Source: Octopus vulgaris (taxonomy: Eukaryota). From it: DNA of 64,000 nucleotides. Positions 1 through 13,830 of the stretch are shown here, piece by piece; positions within the stretch are counted from its first letter, which is position 1; every line of letters starts with the position of its first letter. The position numbers were made by a program, and so were the translations under genes. The notes beneath the pieces are model-generated. The model was not told the DNA's origin and made no database searches. It saw nothing but the letters and a program-made list of their open reading frames with translations. The DNA is taken from positions 125,302,001 through 125,366,000 of the forward strand of contig OX597817.1 in assembly GCA_951406725.2 (NCBI GenBank), read 5' to 3'.

Positions 1-3
1 GAG

Positions 4-182
4 TCCATCATCAGATATTACCATCCCATCTTCAGGGAAGAATTTTAAATTTTGAGTTGGTGACAGAAAGGAGATTAAAGATGAATGATGTAAAAATTCC
101 ATCTTTAATCTCCTTTCTGTCAACAACTCAAAATTTAAAATTCTTCTTTGAAGATAGAGGCTGGGAATATCCGATGATGGAA
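4..182. repeat. Long inverted repeat (fold-back), probably an inverted PLE pseudo-LTR
   Basis: 37-83 and 100-146 are reverse complements (47 bp, 1 mismatch, 16 nt loop); looser pairing extends to 4/182. The left arm reads CTGATGAtgg on the minus strand. Confidence 0.8.
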
Positions 183-381
183 TCAATTTACAATCATTAT
201 TTTGGACCACCAAGCACCCAGAAACAGGTGTTGGACTTGTAAAACTTTTATTCAACCTTTTAATTCCGGATATCATTTCTATTCTGTGTAAATCAGACCT
301 TTCCATATGTAAACATATGTACATCTTTGTGTTAAATGTATTTCATATTTTTTGTAGTTTATCTTGCCTAACTTGCTTATC

Positions 382-439
<58 letters not shown>

Positions 440-667
440 CTTATTACAAATTTGGGATTTTATCAATAGGACAACCTTATTTTCTGGAGTATACATAGAA
501 AGTTATATCCAAAATACTAATCTAATAATATAAGCATTTTAAAGCCTACTATAACGTACAATAAAATAAAGTACAATAGAATAAATTAAACATTATTTAA
601 ACATATTCTAAAAAATATATATACCTTACCTGTTATTAGTCTGTGGGGATAGAAGGTAATATTAATC

Positions 668-752
668 AACACTACACATGTTTCTGCCCAGGTGGTTTGT
701 TTTGCCAGGCTATACCTAATACATAAATCCACCAGTTCGTCCTCAGGCTATT
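668..752 (-). ncRNA. Decayed hammerhead-like motif (PLE pLTR-like)
   Basis: Minus strand reads aatagc-CTGAGGA-long stem (ctggtgg...ccacctgg)-GAAACATGTGTA-gtgtt; stem I is imperfect. Confidence 0.3.
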
Positions 753-867
753 TTTCTTCTTCTTATTATTATTATTAACGTATCCAACTTAATCCTACAA
801 ATTATAAGATATTTTCATAAAAAATTAAGAATAAAATAAATATATATATATAACTTCCTAATATATA

Positions 868-1277
868 GGCGCAGGAGTGGCTGTGTGGTAAGTAGCTTGT
901 CTACCAACCACATGGTTCTGGGTTCAGTCCCACTGCGTGGCACCTTGGGCAAGTGTCTTCTACTATAGCCTCGGGCCGACCAAAGCCTTGTGAGTGGATT
1001 TGGTAGACGGAAACTGAGAGAAGCCCGTCGTATATATGTATATATATATATATATATATATGCGTGTGTGTTTGTGTGTCTGTTTGTCCCCTAGCATTGC
1101 TTGACAACCGATGCAGGTGTGTTTATGTCCCCATTACTTAGCAGTTCGGCAAAAGAGATCGATAGAATAAGTACTGGGCTTACAAAAGAATAAGTCCCGG
1201 GGTCGAGTTGCTCGATTAAAGGCGGTGCTCCAGCATGGCCGCAGTCAAATGACTGAAACAAGTAAAAGAGTAAAGAG
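868..1277 (+). mobile_element. tRNA-derived CORE-type SINE (family A) with internal (TA)/(TG) microsatellite
   Basis: A box TGGCTGTGTGG, B box GGTTCAGTCC, CORE-like caccttgggcaagtg, tail ...gactgaaacaagtaaaagag; near-identical copies at 3725, 6075, 13831 and 40093. Confidence 0.9.
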
Positions 1278-1522
1278 TATATTTTTACAAAATTTAAAAG
1301 CTTTTAAAAATTAAAAAATTATAAAAATTTTTTAATTCATAAAAATTTGATAAAATTAAACACCTAAAAATACAATAGCAGTATATATATATATATATAT
1401 ATATATAAAAGCTAAACATAAAAATATCCTCATCGACTATTTTATAAACACGTCAAATTAAACTGCCTATCTATATAAACTTCATGGGAATTAATAATTT
1501 ATTGTGAATTTTACCCCTATCA

Positions 1523-2306
1523 ATCATCATCATCATCATCGTTTAACGTCCGTTCTCCATGCTAGCATGGGTTGGACGGTTCGACCGGGGATCTGGGAAG
1601 CCAGAAGGCTGCACCAGTCTCCGGTCTTATCTGGCAATGTTTCTACAGCTGGATGCCCTTCCTAACGCCAACCACTCTGTGAGTGTAGTGGGTGCTTTTT
1701 ACGTGCCACCTGCACTGGTGCCAGGCGAGGCTGGCATCGGCCATGGTCGGATTGGTGCATTTTACCTGCCACCTGCACGCAAGCCAGTCGAGGCGGTACT
1801 GGCTTCGGCCACGATTCGGATGGTGCTTTTTACGTGCCACCGACACGGAAGCCAGTCGAGGCGGTGCTGGCATCGGCCACAATTCGGATAGTGCTTTTTA
1901 CATATCTCCAGTCCAGGGGTCCTGGCATCAGCCGGGTGCCAGTCATAGGATTGGTTCAATTTCGATTCCGATTTCACTTGCCCCAACAGGTCTTCGCAAG
2001 GGTGGTTGGCATAGGTGCCTGTCGTTGGATGAGGTTCGATATCGACTTCGCTTGCCTCAACAGGTCTTTGTGTGTCCAAGGGAGGAAAGGCATGCATAAG
2101 TGGGTTGGACTCACTTGTCCTGCCTCATCTTTTCACGCACAGCATATTTCCAAAGGTCTCGGTCGCTGGTCATTTCCTCAGTGAGACATAAAGTTCGAAG
2201 GCCGTGCTTCACCACCTCGTCCAAAGTTTTCCTGAGTCTACCTCTTCCATGGGTTCCCTCCACTGCTAGGGATTGGCACTTTTTCACACACCTATCTTCA
2301 TCCATA
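1523..2306 (-). mobile_element. RTE-clade LINE 3' end (ORF C-terminus, 3' UTR with 63-68 bp tandem repeat, (GAT)n tail)
   Basis: ORF 2111..2356 contains CVKKCQSLAVEGTHGRGRLRKT..DRDLW (RTE GxRxRGRPxKTW motif); repeat units start at 1691/1754/1822/1890; ends in ggacgttaaacgatgatgatg. Confidence 0.85.
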
Positions 2307-2699
2307 CTAGTATATATATCAATACTAGTATATATTACCATTATTATGTCAAACACAATTTAATAATATTTAAGAAGTAAAAACCTCTACATATGTTAAT
2401 TTATTGAATAAAACTAGTAAATGAAACTATTTACCACAATTAACAAAGGAAGAATACTTATCTGCATGTTTACTCCTTCTTCAACCTATGCAAATGGCTA
2501 CACCTGTCCTATGCTAAGTATTATGGGAAAAAATACACTACTCTAAAAAAATTCTTTAAGACTAATATCATTAGAGAGGTTGAATACAAAGGGAGGTAAT
2601 AACATTTCATACCCAGTTGTTATCCACATGCAACGTAGACACCTCTTACCCAATTTACACTTATTCTATGGATAAAGACCTTGAAAACATCCGCCCAAC

Positions 2700-3030
2700 C
2701 AAACTTTTCTCTACAAAAAATCACAGTTATTATTCATATCAAGAAACTATCATTGTATCTCACTGACCTTGAACATGAATAGTATGCAACTAAATCTCTT
2801 ATAATACTTCAAAGTCCAGACCTCATTTTCATTGAAGATTTCACTTGGCAAATGCATATCTATAGCAAGGAGTGCATTGCAAAGACTGTACTTTTCATTG
2901 AGAAACAATAAATACTTCAGATACCTCCAACTACTAAGAAAACTCAGGCAAAAATCTATGATGGAGCATTGACCCCCACATCTGGTGCTATTCACAAACA
3001 CATTGAAACTGTATTAAGAAAAAGAATGCT
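2700..3030 (+). mobile_element. Decayed LINE RT C-terminal relic (Jockey/CR1-group like)
   Basis: Manual translation gives FTWQMHI..IARSALQRLYF..RNNKYFRYLQLL..MMEH*PHIW, resembling W..HI...A...L.FL.R...LL.LY..MEYCSHIW. Confidence 0.55.
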
Positions 3031-3724
3031 CAACTAAGTTACTCATATATACACTCCAGTCTCCAACCCACAGACATGCTGCCTCCTTTCTCTCTCTCTC
3101 TCTCTCTGTGTTGCTCACTCTGTCTTTTTTCTGAGGGTTGATTGATTGATTAACAATCTTACTATTTGTGTTTCTACCACTGCTACAGTACTGTTCACAG
3201 GAGCATTGATTTCATGCCATTTCCACTCCTATCTCACTTTTCTGATCACTTCTCTCATTATGCATGTTGTGTCCACTGACCAAATCTTTAACCCATCCTT
3301 TCTTAGCAGATTGCCGATTCAGCAATTTACTAATGCAGTTCATAAAAAGTAATGCATCAATCAGGAAAATCCAGGAATATGAAATTGCATGAACTTTTAC
3401 TTCCCATTGAAATTTATTGCATTATACTAGAGCAGCAACAGTACCAACAATTACATTACATGTTCTGAAGAAATTGTCCAAGCAATCATTACAAGTGCAC
3501 ATTAATATTCTAAAACCATTTTTTTGCATAAAATCAGTAAAAAGAAATAAGTGCTCCAGCATAGCTCCATCCTCTGCCTGAAACCAGTAAAAGTAAAAGA
3601 AAAACAATTGTTTATTATATAATTTAGTAATTTATGTTCAAAGTATTTTTGATAATTATAAATATTATATTGTAATTACATTTGAATAAGTCGCTGTGTA
3701 ATTAAATCCAGAATTGAAAAATCA

Positions 3725-4125
3725 GGCATAGGAGTGGCTGTGTGGTAAGTAGCTTGCTTACGAACTACATGCTTCCGGGTTCAGTCCCACTGCATGGCAC
3801 CTTGGGCAAGTGTCTTCTACTATAGCCTCGGGCCAACCAAAGCCTTGTGAATGGATTTGGTAGATGGAAACTGAAAGAAGCCTGTATATATGTATATATA
3901 TATATATGTGTGTGTATGTGTCTGTGTTTGTCCCCCCAACATCACTTGACAACCGATGCTGGTGTGTTTACGTCCCCATAACTTAGGGGTTCGGCAAAAA
4001 AGAGACAGATAGAATAAGTACTATACTTACAAAGAATAAGTCCTGGGGTCGATTTGCTCGACTAAAGGTGGTGCTCCAGCATGGCCACAGTCAAATGACT
4101 GAAACAAGTAAAAGAGAGTAAAGAG
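3725..4125 (+). mobile_element. SINE family A
   Basis: Full-length copy of 868-1277. Confidence 0.9.
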
Positions 4126-4209
4126 TGTAAGAGAGTTGCTGTTGCTAGCAAGGAATAACTGTTAACAGTTTGCTTCTTCGGATAGGCTTCACATTTTTAT
4201 ATCAATACA

Positions 4210-4599
4210 CTAGCAGTATCGCCCGGCTTTGCTCGGGTTTGTTTCGACCCTTTAGAACTGGAGTTTTGGAAAAATAAAAATTTTGCATTATGTAGCTTGT
4301 TATTCTGTTTAAGTGAACATATTTCTGGTTGAAATAAACCGAAAAATGGTGACACAGCAGTAAAAAAATCGTAAAAAATAGGGATTTTCATTGAAAAAAA
4401 GCACCTTTTTGATGCAAATAATTTTTTGTGTTAACATGGTCCGGTTTGAATTTTTTCTTCTACGGAAGGAAGAGCAAGCCTTCTTCTATCATACTCTCAA
4501 TTTCGGTCAACTTGTGCCACAGGGTCTCAAAGGAGATAGTGTTAGTTGAAGGCTACTAAACCTGCCATACACAGACAACTTCAGCTTTATATATATAGA
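4210..4599 (-). mobile_element. Complete non-autonomous Helitron
   Basis: Minus strand begins TCTATATATA (4599) and ends with hairpin cccgagcaaagccggg, then CTAG (4210-4213); inserted between A and T with no TSD. Confidence 0.85.
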
Positions 4600-4780
4600 T
4601 TAGTTGGGTGTAGATTGAGGGATATTCGAGTTCTTTGTTTTCAACATATGTGATTATGTAGAAACACTATTGTACAATAAAGTGGACCAGTAACTGTTGG
4701 CAACAGTTATTCCATTACATAGTGAAAGTCTGAACAAACTATGAAATTTTAAAAATAAATCTTGATTATTCCTAGTCTCT

Positions 4781-5078
4781 GGAGGTGCAATGGCCCAGTG
4801 GTTAGGGCAGCTGACTCAGTTGGAGGATCGCAGCTTCAATTCCCAGACCGGGAGTTGTGTGTGTTTATTGAGCGAAAACACCTAAAAATGCTCCACAAGG
4901 CACCGGCAGGGAGTGGTGGTGACCCCTGTTGTACTCTTTTGCCACAACTTTTTCTCACTTCTTGTTTCTTAAGTAATGCTGTGATGGACTGGTGTCCCAT
5001 CCAGCTGGGGTGAACACATATGCCACAGAAACCGGGAAACTGGGCCCATGAGCCTGGCTAGGCTTGAAAAGGGCAACG
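4781..5078 (+). mobile_element. tRNA-derived SINE family B, tail type 1
   Basis: Head ggaggtgcaatggcccagtggttagggcag (A box); tail gatggactgg...gaaaccgggaaactgggccc...aaaagggc; attcctag repeated on both flanks (TSD). Confidence 0.85.
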
Positions 5079-5555
5079 TTTTTTAATTCCTAGACTATAT
5101 CTATTTACTCAATGAACAGGTGGTAAAAAAGGATAAGGAAACTTTGAAACATCCTGTCTGATGGATCCATAATTTTCAAATCATGACAGAGAAGGAAAAC
5201 AACAGCAATAAAGCTTTTGTAAAGTGTGCAATGTTGAAGTATGAGCTTGCAACATTGGTTTAACAAAGTATTCATCAGTTAAAAATTTCAGCTAAGCATT
5301 AAAAAAAATGAAAACAAATAATAATACTGTAATAATCTCAAATTCACAACCAATCAAAGATTTTGTTCTTGTTTTCACCATAAAAATAACGAATTTAGAA
5401 ATACAGATAACAGTATTTGTAACTTGTCATGCAAATATTTGTGGCATCAATCATTTAAGAGAACTTATTAATAATAAACGAATTCCTTCATCTTCAATTG
5501 CAATGGATTTGAAACTGCATGGAACAAAATTCACAATACTTATAAAAAATATTAT

Positions 5556-5868
5556 GGCGGTGCAATGGCCCAGTGGTTAGGGCAGTGGACTTGCGGTCAG
5601 AGGATTGTGGTTTCGATTTCCAGACCGGGTGTTGTGTGTGTTTATTGAGTGAAAACACCTAAAGCCCCACCAAGCTCCACCAGGCTCCAGCAGAGGGTGG
5701 TGGCAACTCCTGTTGTACTCTTTCACCCCAACATTCTCTCACTCTTCCTTCCTGTTTCTTGAGTAATGCTGCGATGGACTGGCATCCCGTCCAGCTGGGA
5801 AGAACAAATACACTTTAGAAAATGGGAAACTGGGCCCATGAGTCTGGCTAGGCTTCAAAAAGGGCCCA
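5556..5868 (+). mobile_element. SINE family B, tail type 1
   Basis: Same head and tail as 4781; aaaaatattat TSD on both sides. Confidence 0.85.
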
Positions 5869-6074
5869 TAAAAAAAATATTATTGCTGCATCTTTATTGA
5901 AAAAATATATTAAAAACATAAGCATTAGTCAGGTCTCCATGATTTTGGACAACTCAGCTGATATTGGTTATGAAAATAATTTGTATGTGGGTGGTGAGTG
6001 ATGGGTGTTACAATAAGTTACATAATATAATTGTATCAAGCTTTGTTTCAATATATTGTTTCAAGCTTTGTCTT

Positions 6075-6486
6075 GTTTTATTTGTTTCAGTCAATTGACT
6101 GTGGCCATACTGGGACACCATCTTGCAGAGTTTTAGTCAAACAAATCGATGCCAGGACTTTTTTTATGCCTAGAACTTATTCTATTAGTCTCTTATATCG
6201 AACCACTAAGTAACAGGCATGTAAACACACCAAACACAGACACAAAGACACACACACATACACACATACACGCTTACACACATACCTGTACACACACATA
6301 CACACATACATGTACACACACACTCACAACAGGTTTTTTTCAGCTTCCATCTACCAGATCCACTCTCAAGGCTTTGGTCGCCCTCAGGATGCAATAGGAG
6401 ATTCTTGCCTTAGGTGCCATGCAGTGGAACTGAACCTGGAACCATGTGGTTGGGAAGCAAGCTTCTTACCACACAGCCACGCCTGT
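6075..6486 (-). mobile_element. SINE family A (diverged)
   Basis: Reverse complement of the family A head (accacacagccacgcctgtgc), internal (CA)n and tail. Confidence 0.8.
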
Positions 6487-6514
6487 GCTTATGGAAATGA
6501 AATGAGAATTAATA

Positions 6515-6730
6515 TTGGTTTCAAATTTTGGCACAAATCCAGCAATTCCCGTGGATGGAGTAAATCATTTCAATCGATGCCTGTGCTCAACTGGCACCCA
6601 TTTTATTGACCCTGAAAGAATGAAAGACAAATTCAACCTTGGCAGAATTTGTACTCAGATTGTAAAGACAGACAAAGTGCCACTAAGCATTTTGTCCACC
6701 ATACCAACAATTCTGCCAATTCACCAGCTT
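6515..6730 (-). mobile_element. SINE family C (Nin/Deu-domain-like)
   Basis: Reverse complement of gagttcaaattccgccgaggtcgactttgcctttcatcc...aagtaccagt, the central domain resembling the Deu/Nin domain. Confidence 0.7.
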
Positions 6731-7329
6731 AAAATGTGAATAATTATTAAGATCAGCTTAGCTATTATAACACTTTCAAACTTTTACAGCATCAATAATT
6801 CTCTTTACACATTAATCAAAATAGATAATCAAAACTTGATTCACATAAAATGCTTTTGTTACCATGACCATTTGGCCTGTTCCCCATGTTGCTGAAGAAA
6901 TACTTTCTAAAATAGACTATGTTAGGTGAAACTTATTTATTAATGTTGGGAAGAAAGTCTGACATTGAAAGACAAAAATTAATCAACAATACTGAGGTTC
7001 TTGACTAAAATGATCCCCATTTTTGCTACCAGATGGTTTGTGAGAAGTAACTGTGTAAGAAAAATTCTCAATCAGTGAATACATTAAAATACATTTTCAA
7101 GCTATATATTCTAGTTATGAGGAGCACTATGCCAAAAGATTGTTTGCTGTGTCCTAAAGTGGATATTAGGAACATAAATATTTTAAAGATATTTTGAGCT
7201 ACTTAAAAAAGAAATTTGTTGCCCCTCCTCACACACACACATACACACACACACACACAAAAATAAAAATAATGAAGTATTATAACAATTCATATTATAA
7301 CTTGACGGTGATACTGACATCTTCTCTAT

Positions 7330-7710
7330 AAACAGCATACTTCCAGAAGAAAAAAAGATTTCTTTATGGGTTAATTATTATCTCCAGCGATGACAGATAT
7401 ATATACATATAATACTTGGAGATATAACGGTTTTAGGAATAAGACCATATAAGATGACTATTTGGCTCACATATGTAGAGGATAACTTCATGCTCTGGCC
7501 TCAAAGAAAGAAACACAAATTCTACTGAACCATGTGAACACAATAAGATTTTCCAATATACTTCAACGAGAAAAAGAAAGGCAATAAACTTGGTCTCCCT
7601 GGTTGTCATTATTAAGACACACAGTGTAGATTTACAACATTCATATATCCCAAGCCCAGTTTTACAGGATAATATCTAAATTTTGATTCCCAATATCCAT
7701 ACAGCCTACA
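7330..7710 (+). mobile_element. Penelope-like reverse transcriptase relic
   Basis: WLTYVEDNFMLWP (WxRYVDDTF) at ~7462-7501 and KPSFTG*YLNFDSQYP (KPTxTxxYLxFxSxHP) at ~7652-7700. Confidence 0.7.
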
Positions 7711-10203
7711 ACATCAAGTAAAACTTGTGAGTGGCAACTCAAACACATATCAACAAGAGATATCCATGAGCAAAAGTACCAGTCATCACTGAGTTTTAGG
7801 CTCCTTTCATATCATTGGACCCTGAAAACTAAAACACTTCTTTGTACATTTTTCCATGTTCTTCATTCTTCAAAACAAATTGAGCAGGCCTTATGAAGAG
7901 TTCACTTCTAATTTCTCACCAAAGTAGGTTCAGTGAGATATTTTGACAAATTTGGTAATGTTTCTCTGATGTTTCATAAACTTGTTAAAAATGTAGCAAA
8001 AGTTATCCAAGCTCAGTGCACGTCTTCTAGGAGACGTCCTTGCTTCAAATAATATGGAGGTTTGTAAGGAAGGGGAGGGGCATTTTTTTAACAAGATAAA
8101 TTTGATTTAACACCTAATTGTGTACATAATATTATTATGAAGCATTAAAATGTAATATTTGATACAGTAAAATAAAGCATGTAACATATATACATTGGAA
8201 ACGGTATGAGAAAGAAACTGGAATAAAAAGAGATACGTTGTAACCTAAGCAATGTAACATTGTAAAGCTTATCTTTCTCTTCCTACTGCTTGCAGGTGAT
8301 GGAAGCTACAGTGATGTAGGCACCTCTTTGTGTAACTGAAGTGATCTAAACTCGGCCAGATGCTTATTTTTCAAGATTACACCAATTAATTATACTGTTA
8401 TAGTCTATTTAAGTATGAAAATATCACGATCGATTTTGGGAAGAAACTGTACATGATAGAATAATTTCTTCATAGTCTTGAAGTTAGCAGGTAAAAATTG
8501 ATCACTTTCACCCAGTAAATGTGAAGCAAATTTTTGATAGAAGACCTTTGTAACTGAAGGCTCTACAGGCCATTCATTTCTTCAGAAAGTCTGCTTCACT
8601 AATAAGGTTGTACTGAGACCAAGAATCATACTCAGTGATGTCTCACATATGTGCAAAAACAATTGAAATAGTATTAATCATTGACCAAGCTTGAAACATG
8701 CGTTTCCATTTGCTAGTGTAATTAACAACACGGTTGCTCATTAAGCAACAATTACATAGATCAGATCTCATCAGTGAACCATTTCATTCTGAAATTGTTT
8801 CATAATATCTATACCATGTATTTAGCATCATCTCTTTTTATTGATTAGTCAGAAGAAGTCCATGATATTTTTCAGAGTAGGGTGTAGATGTAAGATATCC
8901 TCAAACTGCTTGTAAGAGAGTGGACTGTGCTAAATGTACCCAAAGTGTAGATGATGATGTTAAACTGGGAGGTTATGTGTAGCACCAAAGTAAGCTGTAG
9001 TGGGATTTGAACCCAGAACTCAAAAGGCCATAAACAATCAATACACCAAGGTATCTTATCCAATGCTCTAATGACTGGTACTTTATTCAACTTAGTGAAA
9101 AGTAAAGTTGGCTTCAGTGGGAACTGAACACAGACTGCAAGAAGCTGGAAGAAATGCCTCAAAATACCATAAAACATTTCTTCAATACATCTACCAAATC
9201 CTCAAATTCATATTATGATTTTAAATTCTTCATAGGTTGACTTTAATGTGTACAGTGATCAATTCAAATGATGACCCCTTCCCTACATAAAATGGCCTTA
9301 AAATTGAATCAAAGAAAATCAGTGTTACAAGAACACAGTGTTGTGAGACTAAAACTTGTTTCCTTACAGTAGAAACTTTTATTAATTCTGTGAAGTTATG
9401 TAATCCAGTACCACTACTGAATAGAAGTAGAACAATTCTTTCATCAATCAATGCAAAGATAATTTCATTATAGACTACTAAATAATGTAAAAAGGTTTTA
9501 ACTTCTATTAATCTGAGATTGGAAAAGTTATTGAATGATAATTCATGCCAAATATATTTGGGAAATATTAATAAGATATTCACTACTGTTAAGAAATGTT
9601 CTAATTCTTGTTTATGACACACCTGAAGCGATAGGAAGATGCTTGAATAATCTAGCAAGTCAAGAACTTAGCAGTTAATAATTCATGGGTCTGGCAAAAG
9701 ATTGAGATGGTACTTGAGAAATAGGTGTCAGCTGAGGGCATGAAATCTTAACAACCTCTAATAATACTAGAATATTGATTGTAGCTAAGATTTACATTCA
9801 GTGAGCTAAATGTTGGCACTTATTGCAGACATACATACACTACAACAAGAAGTGAGCTCTGTCTTACATGAGAAGTATTCAGGGTTTGAAATTTCAATTC
9901 ACCTTATATGATTTATTTATTTTTTTGCTTTCTGTATTTTATTTTACCAGTTATTTTTTTTTTCACTCCCTAATTTGAAATTTAAAATTAATAAAAACAT
10001 CTTTTCATAAAATGGAATTCAAGAGAGGGTAGGGATTTGAATTTCTATTCAAACTTAAATCACTATTGTGTTGGGTTGTATGCCATTGAAAAACTAGATT
10101 TTATATTATAAAATCAAATTATTCTAATATAGCTCATATGATTATGATGTATGAAAGTTTTTTCATCGTATTTCTAATGCATAACTTGCAGTACATTTCA
10201 ATG

Positions 10204-10235
<32 letters not shown>

Positions 10236-10426
10236 AGTGAGAGAGAGAAAAATAGAGTGTATGTACATATCTATCTATCTGTCTATCTACTTACCTACCT
10301 ACCTACCTACATAATACATACATACATACACACCTACCTACCTCTCTCTCTCTATCTATATGTATATCTATATCTATATGCATATATTTATATCTATATC
10401 TATCTACCTATCTATCTATCTATCTA

Positions 10427-10459
<33 letters not shown>

Positions 10460-11109
10460 CAAGGTAACTCTATGTGTGTGTGTGTAAAAATATGATTAGG
10501 GGATCTGAGTATAGGAAGTTACTAAGCTTCAAGCAGTGAGTGGCATGTATAGAGAACAAAAACTGGACAGAGTTACACACTTTTTCCCATATCAAATTTG
10601 CTAGGAAATTTGATAAGCTGAGAGTTTCTATATAACTCACAGTTCGCAACTAGAACTGCTACACATGCAAATAATAATCCTAATTATGGAGTGAAGCAGG
10701 TAAAATACATGCTACATATAATTCTTAGCTAGCTGCAGTCCTTGGTGTAATAGTTATGCAACATGCTATGCTCAATCTGCTTCCCAATCATGTGGTTTTA
10801 GACTCATTCTTACTGCATTGCATCTTGAGCAAATGCCTTTTACATAAGCTATAGATTGGGCAAAGCTTTGTAAGTGGATTTGTTTTAGTTAGTGTTGTTC
10901 ATTTCCAATCTTCTATTACCCTGCTTGAAAATAGGTGAGGGAAGTGTATCCAGGAACAGTATTCAGCCATAGAAAATCTGTCAACAAATTCCATCTAACT
11001 CATGGAAAAGTGGATGTTAGAAATTAGGAGGATTCAAGATATAGCAGTTAATGTATTTTCATCACCAATATATGAAGGCCAGAAACAAATAAGCAACTCT
11101 TCAGAGCAG

Positions 11110-11770
11110 TACATTTCCAACCCCTAACTTTTTGCTGTCACATTGACCCCAATAATTGTAGAACATAACATTTGATGGTTCGAAGATTCTAGGCAGGGTG
11201 ATGAGGGAGGGCAAATTAAGATGAAAGAAACAGATTTATATTTGTGAGAATGTTGTAGGAGGGAGAGAAACAGAGAAGATATTATTGAGGGAAGATGTAT
11301 ATAAGAGAACAAGGGTAAGGGATTTATGTCAAGGAATATTAAGAAAGGGAAGGACAAGAGGAAATGAGATAAAGTAGAAATGTGATGAAGTGATTTGTGT
11401 CAAGGAATCATGGGCTATCCTACATTATGAGAGTAAGTATGGATGAAAGGTGTGAAAGCAAGGGGAAATGAAGGAGGACAATGGGAAAGGGGTGGAGGGA
11501 TTCATGAGAATCATAAAAGGAAAGAAAGATATGAGGATTGTTGGGCAAACTAAAGGTGGGAGAGATGAGAGGAGCTGTTGAAGAAACAGAGAACAGGACA
11601 TTAAAAAAATAAAGGAGAGACTAGGGGAGAATGCAATGACAGCAATGTAGAAAAGAGAGGCTAGAGATATCATAGAGGTACTGGAGAAGAGTACAGTATA
11701 CCAGATTGGGGAGGGGGCTGAGGAAAGAGTAAGGAGAAAGAAAGAGTTAGGAGAGGTCGTAGGTGCATGT
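11110..11770 (-). mobile_element. Purine-skewed stretch, possible old PLE RT relic
   Basis: Minus-strand fragments SLFY and FPFLIFLDI...HSHKYKS loosely match the PLE SLYT and LPFLDI...SxHP motifs; very decayed. Confidence 0.3.
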
Positions 11771-12303
11771 ATTGAATGCAGAATGAGAAAATTAAAACAC
11801 TAAACAACTTACTGAAAAGCATTTGTGACAAAATTTTTTATTCTCTCATACATGTTCATTGTTCCAAGTCAAGACAAAATAATGCTTTGTTTTGTCATAG
11901 CATAAGAGGGTCTTATAGAAGACAAACCAAAGTTGTGACATTCATATGTTTCTCAAGGCTATTAACAACATGAGTAAAATTTACTGGGTTTAATCAAAAA
12001 TTAAGACTATCTCGTGATGTATTTGAAATAAAGGGTAGGCTTGCATAGTTTAGATAATAGAAAAATATCATCCATGACATTGGAAGAATTTCCGAAATGT
12101 GTTGGAGAAAATTAGAAATAAACCACTGCTAATAGATTGCAGCTCACCAAAACATCGAGTTATTCCTTGACTAGAGGCCTAGTCCAATTATTAGCAATGC
12201 AAAAAAACCCATCTGATGGCACCCAAAATAGAAGCAGTAATGTTAAATAAAGTAAAGAAGTAAACAGGAAGTGAAACAGCTATCCAGTTGACTTCTGCAC
12301 ATT

Positions 12304-12539
12304 TTCTTATTTCTTTATTGCCCACAGGGGGCTAAACATAGAGGGAAGAAACAAGGATGGACAAAGGGATTAAGTCGATTACATCGACCCCAGTGCATAA
12401 CTGGTACTTAATTTATCAACCCCGAAAGGATGAAAGGCAAAGTCGACCTCGGCGGAATTTGAACTCAGAACGTAGCGGCAGACGAATTACCGCTAAGCAT
12501 TTCGCCCGGCATGCTAACGTTTCTACCAGCTCACCACCC
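12304..12539 (-). mobile_element. SINE family C (Nin/Deu-like), young copy nested in a family A remnant
   Basis: Head ggtggtgagctggtagaaacgttagc, B box GAGTTCAAATTCC, tail gtgggcaataaagaaataag; cttctgcaca TSD. Confidence 0.88.
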
Positions 12540-12891
12540 TTCTGCACAGTTTCTATCAAGCAATTCCACTAACAGAACTTAGTTTGACTTTAGTCTATGG
12601 CAAAATGCACTTTGTCAAGGTGCCGTAGTTTAATCAGTCCTGCAAGGATGTGATTGCAAAGATATATCAAGAAACAATCATTAAAACATAATTTCTTTAA
12701 GAAAAACTAGTGAAATTTTAATGTCATCATATTGTCAATGATGTTTCTTCTTTGACTTCATCGAATATTTCATATGAACATAACTGTTAATACATTCAGT
12801 AACTTTGAAAGAAGCCAATATACTAACTTACATTGACACAATCACATCTGAAGAGATGAAATGCACTCTGTATTTACTGAAAATTAATGCA

Positions 12892-12942
<51 letters not shown>

Positions 12943-13830
12943 TATATACATATACATAAATACATACAAATGATTTGTACCGAGCTAAGATTGAGATTGG
13001 GTTACCTCTTTATAATAATTCAATTTGCCGCTTTGCTAGGTATGGAGCAAAACCACAGCCAAGATCTGAAACCATCTGCTGCAAGACAGTAGATATAATC
13101 TCACCACTTTGTTAATATATAATTCCATATATATAATGTACCTTTCATCTAGATTTCTATGATAATCTTTTTGTCTGGAATTTGTGACGTGGATATTTGG
13201 ATATCACTATTCATGAAAGAAAACAAAACAATATGTACATAATATAAATAAAAAAAATGTAGGAAAGAATAAATGAAAATAAAATTTATATTATCCTATT
13301 TATTGAAGAAACAAAGAGAATATGTGTGTGTGTACATATGTGTGTATATTTCTCACTAATATTGTAATCTATAATATTATGTAGCTAATAACTGAAAAGA
13401 TATTAGCAACACCAATAATGATACATATAGTTTCTTCAGAGAAAATTCTCAGCTGTTAAGCTTACAAAGTCCTCTGTCTAAGTACTAAATACATTATTTA
13501 TTTTCTATTGAAATATTTCCTTGGAAATGTTTCTTATTGAAGATTATTTTATGTGTGTTGTTTTGCATAATTCTAATAAATTAAAAATTTATTAAAAGTT
13601 TTGTTGAAATTTGGGGATTAAGGCAAAATTTCTTTTGCCTTTTAAATTTATCTAATTAATTACATCCAATTTGCACACCAGAAGTGTAATAATACTTCTG
13701 ATACATTTGGTGAAGAGGTGGAGATGCTTTTACATATTCATGCAGAAGACAAGAAGTATGAAAATCAGTTTTGAAAACTAGTAACATAAGTTAGCATAGA
13801 TAATGCATAATTAAAATGTTTACTTATATA

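Larger units (their letters stand above)
5110..7215 (+). mobile_element. hAT-type DNA transposase relic interrupted by three SINEs
   Basis: Fragments CKVC, INHL..DLKLHGTKFTILIKNI, SMILDNSADI (DESTD-like), IKCFCYHDHLAC (CxxH motif), ATRWF and KILNQ occur in order across the SINE insertions. Confidence 0.6.

Noticed and set aside
901-1107. Recurrent ORF ...IHSQGFGRPEAIVEDTCPRCHAVGLNPEPCGW (also at 3758, 6310 and 40151)
   Set aside because: Antisense translation of SINE family A, not a gene family.
9230-9658. 142 aa ORF on the minus strand
   Set aside because: No recognisable motif; the composition is typical of a chance AT-rich ORF.
11780-12250. Possible Tc1/IS630-like transposase trace on the minus strand
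   Set aside because: Only ILGAI and VMDD-like words are visible and I found no TIRs; too weak to call.
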